Origin: Trypanosoma brucei
Taxonomy: Eukaryota
Assembly (NCBI GenBank): GCA_000002445.1
Contig: CH464491.1
Location: 2,880,001-2,944,000 of the forward strand
Direction of reading: 5' to 3'
DNA length: 64,000 nucleotides
In this document: positions 20,063-32,200 of the stretch, in pieces
How the letters are laid out: the number at the start of each line of letters is the position of its first letter
Position numbering within the stretch: the first letter of the stretch is position 1
Made by a program: the position numbers and the translations under genes
Notes under the pieces: generated by a model
What the model was told of the DNA's origin: nothing
Seen by the model: the letters and a program-made list of their open reading frames with translations, nothing else
Database searches by the model: none

Positions 20063-23000
20063 GCCACGCAGTGTCACCAAGAGTTTTTCAAGGTTTTGGC
20101 ATAGACATGAACAAAGATGGCATCCCTCACCCGTGGTGGGCGGTTCTTCTTTGCAACGAACCGAATACCGACGGGAAGGTCACTCGTGCGTGTATCTGCC
20201 TAGCCTTGAGCAAACCCCCATACACAGCACATTCCTCGTCACACCCCCGCTCAGTGGGACCGGCCGAAAAACCAACGATACATGCTCAGTAAGCTGGCGG
20301 CTGATTATTTCCCTCATCATAATATCGTGCACCAACTCATTCATCTATGCGGAGGTTGATGCGTGCATAACGCGTCGGGATCAGGTCATCTTCATGACCA
20401 AACGAACGAAGCACGCTCTGCGCACGGTAAAAGATTTCATATTCCACCCGAGTGTGGTCGGTCACGTTTTTCCTGGAAAGAAGATGAAATTGAGTAACCG
20501 CCTCAATCTGGATCTGCCCTCCCCTTTGTGTTTTATCATTTTTAGGAACCGTTTGACCACAACATCCTCAGTAGTTTTTGACACCCGTCAGCTGCTGGCA
20601 CGGCCTTTCGCTCAGAATACCATAGCCGCTATGACGCTGCTTGGCTCAATCCTATTTTTTTTTTGGAATTTTCTTCGTGCCTTCGTGAGAGTTTCCCCCC
20701 ACTGGCGCGGCTATCAGCCATCACCGTAGAGCCCTGAGATGCTATCGGTCTGGCGATTGTGGCAGAGTCTCCCTTTTTCATTCATCCTAACACACCCTCT
20801 ATAATTTTTTGTTGTAGCTCCGCAGATGAACGGAATACAGCAGATGGGGCGAGAAGCCCCCCACCCCAGACTCTCCCAAAGATGTCAATTGGCCATCCTT
20901 TTTTGGAGTTCCACATCACCGGACAGCAGCATCTTAGTGCGGATGATACTGCTGATGGCACGCTGGCACGTGCCCAGGGACCGACAAATGAAAAACGGTG
21001 TCCCAGCAAGACGCTGCTGATCCCTGTGCTGTATGATGCCGTAGCCGGAGCACAGCAGTGTTCCCCATGAAAGGAACTCTGCTGGCTCTTGGCTTCCCCC
21101 GATGATACGGGGTACTGGACCATGGCACCACGTTGAAGTGTCTGGCATCGCCAGGGGGCTCAATCCTAAGCCCCCCGCGCGAAGACACACGCCTCACCGC
21201 GACGCCCGGGGAAGCCATATCATGTTTTGATGGAAGCCAAAAATCGGCGGCGCTACCATCAAAGAAACCCTTATAACTGGCGTGCTTCTGCTAAACGTCG
21301 TACTTTGGAGTTCACCGCCAACATCGATATGATGGGTTGTGGCACATTTTTTTTTCCGAAAACTCCTTTTAGAGGCTCTGTTTTTCGACAGTATTTCCCA
21401 AACCTTTAATTTCCCCGTCTTCCCGACGGGCGAAACCACCAACTACTCAATACTTTGTGTCAGGGCGCCCTTCTCGAAAAGTTCCGGAAGGGGAAAAATG
21501 ACGGTGAAACGGGCATCCGAACCAGTGACATGAATGAAAAGGCGAACAGAGCACATTAGCGCCCTCGCCGCTGACAAAACTTTTTCTGTGCCAAGAATAT
21601 TTTGTGTTCATACTTTTTTTTTAGTAGTTTGGAGAAGAAAGCGCGGCTGGGGCGCGTGTATTTTCGCGCTGGTGGCCAAGCGGATTGTGTGTCCGTCCGC
21701 CCTTTTCCGACCTTTGCGGAAACAACATGCTTTACTAAACGCCCATTATCCTGCACTATAATTCCAGTTTTCAAGCCTTCGCCCGCATGGGAATCGAACG
21801 CTGAAATCTTGCTTTTAATAGGGAGCAACGACTGTTGTGTCACGGCAGATGGCACGAGCGGCCTCGCGCCACACCAGTGGTGTTCCGAAAGAGGGTTCAG
21901 CTGTTTAACGCGCGGCGTTCGAGAGCAAACCTATATTTTCACTCCGCACCTGCTAACACCTGAGTTTCACAATTGTCCTGGACATTCACTAAGGGAGAAA
22001 TACATGCGTACGGCTGGAAAATGTAGAGAAGGTAAGTAAAGAAGAGCTTTCACCTCACGGGCCCCTCTCCCATTGTCCTTACTTTAACAGCGCACGTCGG
22101 GAAAGGAGAGGTTCCGTGCCCCCCGCCCGTTTTAGTTTCCTTTAGCTTAAAGACCTCAAATAAATTACTCCCACGTAAACGCTCTCGATGAATAATCTAC
22201 GGGCGGCTCTCTTTTCTACGAATTCCCCGTGGGCCCCGTCGGATTATAACGTTTAGTAGGCCTCCGGGGTTGGGAAGCCCAATCAAAGGTTACATTTTCC
22301 CACTACCCGTTTTAGAAGGGGTGGCGTCGCTCCACACACCGCCATCGACTGAAGAAACCCTTGTGTGTTGGCGAGAACTTTGATGAGCACAACTGGAAAG
22401 TGTTCTCTCTGCTTTCTTGGCTACATTTTATACGGCAGCCCGACCTCGACTTTATAAGGTTGTCGGAGACCCTTCGAGTCCACCAGCGGTGTTGCGCGTA
22501 CGTGGTGTGGATTCACGCCGACCCCCATTGCCATGTGTTCCTTCCCTTACTGAGGAGGTTCTGAGTTTCACCGTTTTGTGTGTCCAGAGCCGTATTGTGG
22601 AGCAGAACCCCTCCCTACATTTGGAGCCCCCAAAGTGTATCCGGACAGTCTCACTCGCGAGGGTGTTCCGCGGCAAGTTTGTCACGGCATTTGGCTAAAC
22701 GGTAAAGGTCGCGCGTCTATGTTGGTCTTTTAAACCCAAAATATTAGCGCTCTTGCGGCATAATCGCATCCATTCTCCAAGTTCCCAATTTGTGTTCTCC
22801 CATTGCCGATGGGCTGTGCTCTGTTCCACTGCCGCTGCTCATGTAGAGGCCGTTGTGTAACTTTTCCCAGTGCGTGGAGAGTAAGGTCCCTTTTCGGTTC
22901 GGCCATGGGTCCGCAGTACGGGAAACGAGGTATTTGAGATGCTGCAGTCTTGGCTGCGTCTGGGGGCTCCCAGTGTGTTGCTGTGCTCGAGCTTTTGTGC

Positions 23001-26000
23001 TTCGTTCTTTTTGTATCCCTCCAGAACGGGCTGTCCTTTACTTCACCGAAACAGCGTTTTGGAGACACAACCACGTCACAAACGGCAAGAGTCCGTTTCG
23101 TGGGAGACCGAAACCCAGAGATTTCACACTTCAGATTTTTTTTTTGAGTGTGAACAAGGGGTAATGGTTTTGTCGGCGGAGGGAAACGCCTCTGGTTTCA
23201 GTATAGGGTTCCCCCACCATCCTTACCGATGGCAAACCGCTGGCAGTTTTTACCCCGTAGGAATGCAGCACGAACCCGCGTCCCCTTAACACACATTCTT
23301 CACCCTGTGCTGCAGCCTGCATGCTCCCTATTCGTCTCTAAGGGTGTCTTCTGGCGACTTTTGTCGACGCATTGTATGGGATATTCCTCGAGGTCACTGG
23401 GAACGTTCCATGGGCGCGGCTTTGATACGCGAGGAGGGGTCGCGGGTGCGACTTGAGTTGTGTTCCCGAGTTGTGTGCAGTACTTAAACTGTCGCGGCGC
23501 CCTCCCACAGGACTCGCCGCGCGTCCGGGCTTGACGGCACTCTCGCGCTACTTCCTTACGAATGGTTGTAGATTGCTGTTGCAGCTGTTATATTCTTGCA
23601 AAGGAAAACAAGCACCAACCGCACCTGTTTTGAAGTTCCTTTTTCAATTCTTCAGAGCGGTTGCTCATGAAAAATAAAATCTCCCTCGTGGGGCTGTGGA
23701 GTCACGCCGTCTCTCTTGCTGAGGTTGTGCAATGTGGAAAGCAGGCTCGATGACTCTTGAAGTCAAATCAGGATGGAAGCACCTGCTCTCAAGGACGACC
23801 GGGTGTTAAGGAAGGCTCGCCTCAGCACTTGGGGTCTCGTTTGAACCGTTGTAGTCGGGCGCATCGTCGTTCCGCCAGAAGTCGGATGCTTGTAAGTTGG
23901 AGGAAGGGCTGTGGACAGGCAACGTGCGCGCGGCACCAATATATATCGATCCGTGTCCACCGATTGCTACTTGGCAAACTTGTTGTACGTGTGTGTGTGG
24001 CAGGAAGGCGAGGGAGGTGTCGCAGCCCCAGAAAAACCTGAAGCATCCTCACGCCTCTCCAAAGTGGGAGTTCACAGTTTCGTTCTCGACTGTTGTCTTG
24101 CCGCCATGATCTTACATTTGATGGGGGACAGAGATTTCAGTGGAACAAACTGCGGGTCTTCTGCGAATGAAGGACGCCTGGGAGCCCGGCTCCACTGCAC
24201 TGCCGCCTTTATGCAGTGGTGCGGTGTCTCGTCGCGGCCCTAAGGGTTGGCAGTTGCGGTGTCTGAGCCCGCTGCAAGGGGGGGGGTCTTGACATTAATA
24301 GCGCAATACTCCTTGGCGATTTGGGCCGCTTGAATGTGACGGGGGTATTCACTGCCTCGTGCTTTCGGGGGAGGCCGGAGCCAAGCGGCGTCCCCGGCCC
24401 GGCAAGCCTTGTGGCGTCCACTAAGATTGAGGTGACTCAAAACGGGATGATGCGCCGTTTTCACTTGAGCCGCCGTCTCTTTTCCCGGGTGGCGTATAAA
24501 CGCGCGCCGACGTACCGTGGAGTATCACGCTAACCGGGATACTGCCGCTGTGGTCCGTGCTTCTAGGTGTATTCCGCACTGATGCAGGGGATGGGTGGGG
24601 ATGAGGGTTGTCTCACATGAAGGAGCGAAGAAAATTAGAAGAATTCAGAGGTCTTCGACAAGCGGGGTTGCACATGGGCGCGGTGCACAAACTATGAGGT
24701 TCCTGCTACGTTACCTGTAGTTTCACACGTTCCGCCATGCGAGCAGTGTTACCATTCGAATGAAGGACGGTGCGGTGTTTGAGGCTCTGTTTACTTTAAA
24801 TACGAATATAAGGACATGAAGGAGAGTGCATTTGTTGCGGAACCTGGTGGAAGGCACCACTGTTTCAACAAAGTGACCAAGCATTTAAAGTTGAGTGTTG
24901 ACCGCATAAAACGTAAAGGCAGGGAGCCGTGCGCCGGGCGGACGTCCATCGTTTCAACTGTAAAGGATGAGTGAGTATACTATTTTGCTTCGATATGCAT
25001 GATTAAAGAAAGTGCTTATTGTGTTGATGTTGCTGTCATGAATGTTCAGGTGGTGTGATGATAGTGATCCACAAAATTTTAATTCATCGCATCCCCATAG
25101 TATTCGGGAGTTCTGGTGAACCGGAGCGTATGGCTAACGCCTTCCCCCTTTTTGGGTGAGTTGATCAAGTCAGTCTTGCGTTTATTTTGCTTAGTTTGCG
25201 GTAGGGAATATGTATTTTCCGGGCACCAGAAGTACTCGGGTGCTTTTAGCGCTTCGTGGCGTATGAGGGTTATTGGAGAAGGGCGGTAACTCTTCTGAAA
25301 TAAATAAGTGGTTGAATGTGTTTAAGTGATGCCTGCCACCACAATTGAAACTCAGCCGATGCGAATCATGTGTGATTTTTGTTTATATGCCTTATGTATT
25401 TTGTACTGATGTGTCTGCGTTTGCTGTACTAAATTTCCCCGCTGATGCTGCACTTGCTGCAGAAGGGGTGGTAGATAGGGCGATGGCTTATGTGATGTTG
25501 CTCCTGAGAGCGGTGGGTCATGATGCGGTTTAAGCCCATTTTGACGGAAAAGAGCGACGGGATTTTCAGTTGGAAAAGTTATGATATTTAATTGTGCATG
25601 TGCTGCATCTCGTGGGAACGGCTCATTCATTATCCTTCGTGGCGTTGTACTGGATGTTTTATCTATGACGGAATGGATAAGGGAAATAAATCATCTGCCT
25701 TTTCCCCCTTTTCGCTTTGCAGCTACAAATCTAGAGGTAGTGCACCTGAAGTGTTGAAATATTGTTTAAAGAGCGGTTTTAGCATAAGTTTGCGTCGAAG
25801 CAATTTGCTTTTGTGGCACCGAGATCTCTTCATCTTATTTTTGGTCCCACGCTCTTTAATAAACATTCGAACTTACAGTTGCTTGAAGAGAGGCAAAAAG
25901 GATGCTGAGAGCAAAACCTATTTACAGACTTGGTACCAATGCTCATAATCACTTATAATATTACCTAACACGCAGGGAAGGAGATGAACTGTGATTATTT

Positions 26001-28511
26001 TGTTTTGCAATGCTGTGCTTTGTGAAGGCAGATGCTTTTCGCTTTCGGTGGCGTCTAAGAAAAGTAATGCAACTGGACAACAGGTATGATTTTGTTCTTT
26101 AATACCCAACGAGTGCTTGCTCGTGTGCTAATGCGTGGTGTCCCGTGATGCTTTCTTAATGTGACCTCAGAGGGGTTGCTGTAGGGAGCAGGGTTTCTCC
26201 TCTTTGCTGGTCCATATCGCACTGTACGCATTGGTTTCAGCTAAGGTGCGTACCTGGAGTAAACAATGCACATCAAAGTGGCTGACGCGGTGCGTGCATA
26301 TATGTGTGTGATGAGGCGGCATCCCTACTGCCTTTGTCCGGAGGTGTTTCCGCGATTCGAATACATGGTCATAATTCTTGGAGGAGGTATGGGAGAGTTT
26401 TTCAAATATTACAAACCCCCATTGCACGTAGAATGTCTGCATATCGTTCTTTTGTAGCAACCGGGGTTCCTTTTTTCTTTTTTTTTTTTGTAAATTTCCC
26501 TGACAGGTCTTGCGTCAGGTTGGGTGGAGACACTGACCCTCCGTTGGACGGGATTTGCCTTCCACCAGCCAAAGGGCGACTCCGTAACCGTTTTGTCGTT
26601 TTTTTTTTTCCAAGAGTGCAATGTTGCACCCTTGTCACCCAGTTTTGTGTGCACTGGAGCGCTCCTTCTTTTGAATGAATAAGCGGCGTACGTCTTGTGA
26701 TTTCTTTGACACAGATGAAAATCACATACCTTAGCTTCTACCATAAACTTCAAGTGGTCTTTTACACTTTCCAACTGTCAGCATTTCCTCTTTTAGTTAT
26801 TACCCGCGTGTCGCACCGTACCGTTACAAAAAAAATAATTGCTGTTTGCTTCAACATCAAGGCATGGTTGTTCGGTTCTTTTATTAGTTACCGAGTGTCA
26901 TCATTGAAAAAACATTAAGTTTTTCATGATGTTTCGTGAGAGAAGGTAGCGTGGCTTATTACTGTGTACGACATGTTTTTTTTTGAGATGGATTGATCTC
27001 ATAGTAAGGGGCACTGTTCCCTGGTTTACGGATGTTATCCCTCCTGAAATATTGTCAGCAACCTGAATTTTTCTTGCGAAGTTATCTCCAGGTGTGTTTC
27101 TGCTGTTGTCATCATTAAAAAAAATTATCCATCGTGAACCCACCGCGCGAATGAAATTACCTCCGGTGGTCATTTTTTTTTTGTACTTCTACCCATTTTC
27201 AGCATTCTATGCGATGGGAGGGCTTACAAACTGAGATGGTACGTTGACAAAATGGATCCAACGAATGTGCTCCTCACGTTTCGTTCAGCGGATATCTTGC
27301 ACGTGTGTTTGTAAAGGTGCACAACCGCATGCCCGTATAGTTAACGTTCACTGACTGCCACGCATCTACATGGCGTTAACAGTGCGCGAACATTGGACTC
27401 CAATATATGCAACTGCATAATAACATGCGTGTTCTTGGTCTTTAAAAGAAAAACTACACTTTTCTGTGCAAGATGTTCTGAGCTGCGGTGTCGGGCGTGG
27501 CCCTTAACTTATTTCTAAAGGGGCATCTCTACCTCCATTTTTTAACCTTAAAAATAACGCGGCCCACCTGCGGCTCCATCGAACAAGCGTTTATTTGTAT
27601 CTGTTTTGCGTTGGAAGACTTCTACTTTAAATATTTTCGGCAAGTGCCATTATTGACTTGACACGTGTTTTTTTGTCCGCGCACTGGGTCACATCCATAC
27701 ATACCTAGGTGGCTGCGTTTTTATGAATGACCATTGTTGTGGTAGTTGCTGACGTGAAAGTGTTGGTAATTGTGGAGGTCGGTATCTGTGTAATATAGAT
27801 GCTGGACGCCGTCGTTGTTATCAAGCATTATATTTCTCTCGTTTTGTTAGTAGCTAAATACCGTTGCGTAGGCCTTACCGAATGTTAAAAATTTTGTTTG
27901 AGTGTATTCAGCGATCCCTCCCTTTACGTTTCCTGTTGTTTTGACATGCTTACCACTGGGTGGTTCGGTGCATCTAGTTGTGTGCTACCTCTGTTCAACC
28001 TTATTGGGATGTATTTTGTACTCTTCGTTCCAGCGCGTGAGGAGCAAGTGGAGAAGGGATTGTAACCGTTCGCTCTCACCAAGGTGGCACAGATTTTGTC
28101 CGGCCAATGTAGTGGGTACGCTAGGGTTTACTGTCTTTTGCACATGTGCGCGGTTTTATTGAGAAACTAAGGGATGCAGACTCGTCAAGTATGTGAATGC
28201 TTTCTTGCAACGCGGGGTGTATTACTGCATTCGTATGGGGTTCCTCTCCACACAGCTTGATGTCTCTAACGTTCTTTTTTGCTTTTGACCCGAAATACCT
28301 GGGTAGCTGTTCTTCCTCTCCAGAGATTTGGGTTAAATAACGAGTTTGGCGGAGATGCGACCATATGCATCCGTACATGGTTCTGTACGTACGCAATGTC
28401 GCTACTGCGTTTAACCAAATAGCATTCACTTGCCCATGCTTACTTTCTTTGCGATGAGAACCACGAAAGCGACCTGTTACTTTTCTATTTAAAAAAAAAA
28501 TATGAAGAGCA

Positions 28512-28904
28512 ATGCCTCACCGCTCCACTGTGAGTAAAAAGAGGTCTAACAGTGTAAGTAGACCGACTGCTGCACAAAAATGCGCTGCACAGCCTCGTCC
28601 AACAGCCACCGCAAGCGAAGGGAGATTCCCAATATACGGAAGAAAGCCAGCTGTCACCGAGCCCCACCAACCGCAGGCAATTTGGAACAACACTTCTACG
28701 CGTGAAGATGTTGGAGGACGTGCATTGTATGATAAAGAACTTGCCCATATTGCACAACGACTACACGAGGAGCTGTGCTCTTTTCGACAGAGAACTCAAC
28801 GGGCGCGGATGCGGGAGTGCCTGGCTTACAGTCGGCTCCGACAAATCCTGACCACCCGACTCAGTGTACGAAATATAGTTGAAGAACAATCAGAGGGACG
28901 GTAG
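28512..28904 (+). CDS. hypothetical small basic protein (130 aa)
   Basis: ORF with an ATG start, preceded by a poly(A)/pyrimidine tract at 28489-28510 at the downstream end of the long ORF-free interval. It is basic and Q/R-rich with no recognisable domain. Confidence 0.25.
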   Translation: MPHRSTVSKKRSNSVSRPTAAQKCAAQPRPTATASEGRFPIYGRKPAVTEPHQPQAIWNNTSTREDVGGRALYDKELAHIAQRLHEELCSFRQRTQRARMRECLAYSRLRQILTTRLSVRNIVEEQSEGR

Positions 28905-29285
28905 ATAATGGAGCAGGTACAAGTGCAAGAACCCACACACAATAACAGCAGCAAAGAACACAATAATCCTTAGGCTAATAAAGTACCAAAGTTAAGCCAT
29001 GAGAACTTGCACTTTTCATTATTAACAATTTTTTAACCTTTCCATTTCTCATATATAAATATACACGTATAAAAAAAAGAAAGAGGAGAGCCAACGACGG
29101 CAGCAGCCGCACCGAACAAAAGACGCCTACAACCAAGCACAATCAAACAATAGACGACAAAATACCGGCATCACCACTAGAGAGTATACTAGTGGAAGCA
29201 GCAGAGTGTGGAGGCCAAAGCACCACCGTTGGATTTCTGTGATTTCGTTAACAGCGTTGATACTAAGCAAACTCGTGCTGCAATC

Positions 29286-32200
29286 ATGTCTGAAATAGCT
29301 CACTCTGCGGTGGGTGACGTGCCGATTGACTCTTTTAAAGCAGACAGTCACAATGGTGGAAAAGATGCATGGGTGTGCACCCGATGTGGTAAGGTGAAGG
29401 ATCTTCGGGGTGATCATCTTCGAGGCAAGATGGAGGTCCGTTCTGATTGTTGGCCCTGTGGAAAGAAGGCGACATTCAAGTTGCAAAGCAGGCTCTCGGA
29501 TGACGGTAGTAATAACAACGTCCCTGCAGCTAGCACTGTCGATGATACGCATCAACCAAAAGGCGTCGGGAACGCAACAATAGTTGGAGGATTTCGTGCT
29601 CCTGTCGTTCCTTCAACCGGTGACGAGCACCAGTTTCTTTTCCCTGCTCCCGTACTCCAGTGCTCAACCCCAAGCTTATCAGCAGACTGCTCCTCTGTAT
29701 GGAAATGCTCTATCTGTGGAAAGGTGAAGCCACTTTCTGGTGATCATTTGCGGGGGAAAACAGAGGTGCGAAGCGATTGCTGGCCTTGTGGCTGCAAGAG
29801 AACGTTTGTGTTGAGTCCTGTTGACGGTGAATACGGATGCTCCGCGTTGCCGAAGGAGGATGCATCGAAGACTATTTCAAAGGCCAGCGAGAACGTTAAG
29901 GAGCAAGCTACCACTGGCGCACAAATACCAGTACAACCCGCAGCAATACCATTTAAGAGTGTATTTGATACACAGAGCAGTGGAGATGCGAAACCACCCG
30001 CAGCAACACCATTTAAGAGTGTATTTGATACACAGAGCAGTGGAGATGCGAAACCACCTGCAGCAACGCCATTTAAGAGTGTGTTTGGTACACAGAGCAG
30101 TGGAGATGCGAAACCACCTGCAGCAACACCATTTAAGAGTGTGTTTGGTACACAGAGCAGTGGAGATGCGAAACCACCCGCAGCAACACCATTTAAGAGT
30201 GTATTTGATACACAGAGCAGTGGAGATGCGAAACCACCTGCAGCAACGCCATTTAAGAGTGTATTTGATACACAGAGCAGTGGAGATGCGAAACCACCTG
30301 CAGCAACGCCATTTAAGAGTGTGTTTGGTACACAGAGCAGTGGAGATGCGAAACCACCCGCAGCAACACCATTTAAGAGTGTATTTGATACACAGAGCAG
30401 TGGAGATGCGAAACCACCCGCAGCAACGCCATTTAAGAGTGTGTTTGGTACACAGAGCAGTGGAGATGCGAAACCACCCGCAGCAACACCATTTAAGAGT
30501 GTATTTGATACACAGAGCAGTGGAGATGCGAAACCACCTGCAGCAACACCATTTAAGAGTGATTCCATTAATGGCTTTTTTATTAAGCAAACTCGTGCTG
30601 GAATCATGTCTGAAATAGCTCACTCTGCGGTGGGTGACGTGCCGATTGACTCTTTTAAAGCAGACAGTCACAATGGTGGAAAAGATGCATGGGTGTGCAC
30701 CCGATGTGGTAAGGTGAAGGATCTTCGGGGTGATCATCTTCGAGGCAAGATGGAGGTCCGTTCTGATTGTTGGCCCTGTGGAAAGAAGGCGACATTCAAG
30801 TTGCAAAGCAGGCTCTCGGATGACGGTAGTAATAACAACGTCCCTGCAGCTAGCACTGTCGATGATACGCATCAACCAAAAGGCGTCGGGAACGCAACAA
30901 TAGTTGGAGGATTTCGTGCTCCTGTCGTTCCTTCAACCGGTGACGAGCACCAGTTTCTTTTCCCTGCTCCCGTACTCCAGTGCTCAACCCCAAGCTTATC
31001 AGCAGACTGCTCCTCTGTATGGAAATGCTCTACCTGTGGAAAGGTGAAGCCACTTTCTGGTGATCATTTGCGGGGGAAAACAGAGGTGCGAAGCGATTGC
31101 TGGCCTTGTGGCTGCAAGAGAACGTTTGTGTTGAGTCCTGTTGACGGTGAATACGGATGCTCCGCGTTGCCGAAGGAGGATGCATCGAAGACTATTTCAA
31201 AGGCCAGCGAGAACGTTAAGGAGCAAGCTACCACTGGCGCACAAATACCAGTACAACCCGCAGCAATACCATTTAAGAGTGTATTTGATACACAGAGCAG
31301 TGGAGATGCGAAACCACCTGCAGCAACACCATTTAAGAGTGTGTTTGGTACACAGAGCAGTGGAGATGCGAAACCACCTGCAGCAACACCATTTAAGAGT
31401 GTGTTTGGTACACAGAGCAGTGGAGATGCGAAACCACCCGCAGCAACACCATTTAAGAGTGTATTTGGTACACAGAGCAGTGGAGATGCGAAACCACCCG
31501 CAGCAACACCATTTAAGAGTGATTCCATTAATGGCTTTTTTATTAAGCAAACTCGTGCTGGAATCATGTCTGAAATAGCTCACTCTGCGGTGGGTGACGT
31601 GCCGATTGACTCTTTTAAAGCAGACAGTCACAATGGTGGAAAAGATGCATGGGTGTGCACCCGATGTGGTAAGGTGAAGGATCTTCGGGGTGATCATCTT
31701 CGAGGCAAGATGGAGGTCCGTTCTGATTGTTGGCCCTGTGGAAAGAAGGCGACATTCAAGTTGCAAAGCAGGCTCTCGGATGACGGTAGTAATAACAACG
31801 TCCCTGCAGCTAGCACTGTCGATGATACGCATCAACCAAAAGGCGTCGGGAACGCAACAATAGTTGGAGGATTTCGTGCTCCTGTCGTTCCTTCAACCGG
31901 TGACGAGCACCAGTTTCTTTTCCCTGCTCCCGTACTCCAGTGCTCAACCCCAAGCTTATCAGCAGACTGCTCCTCTGTATGGAAATGCTCTACCTGTGGA
32001 AAGGTGAAGCCACTTTCTGGTGATCATTTGCGGGGGAAAACAGAGGTGCGAAGCGATTGCTGGCCTTGTGGCTGCAAGAGAACGTTTGTGTTGAGTCCTG
32101 TTGACGGTGAATACGGATGCTCCGCGTTGCCGAAGGAGGATGCATCGAAGACTATTTCAAAGGCCAGCGAGAACGTTAAGGAGCAAGCTACCACTGGCGC

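Noticed and set aside
17882-20729. ORFs 17882..18400, 18894..19607 and 19800..20729 (+) inside the long ORF-free interval
   Set aside because: They are Pro/Ser/Cys-rich low-complexity translations of C- and G-rich DNA, in three different frames, without a pyrimidine-tract-plus-ATG context or any domain. I treat them as non-coding unless BLASTX says otherwise.
21780-21960. Possible tRNA-like B-box fragments (gggaatcgaacgc at about 21789, ggcgttcgagagc at about 21935)
   Set aside because: I could not fold the flanking sequence into an acceptor, D or anticodon cloverleaf by eye, and the matches to GGTTCGANTCC are imperfect. tRNAscan-SE is needed.
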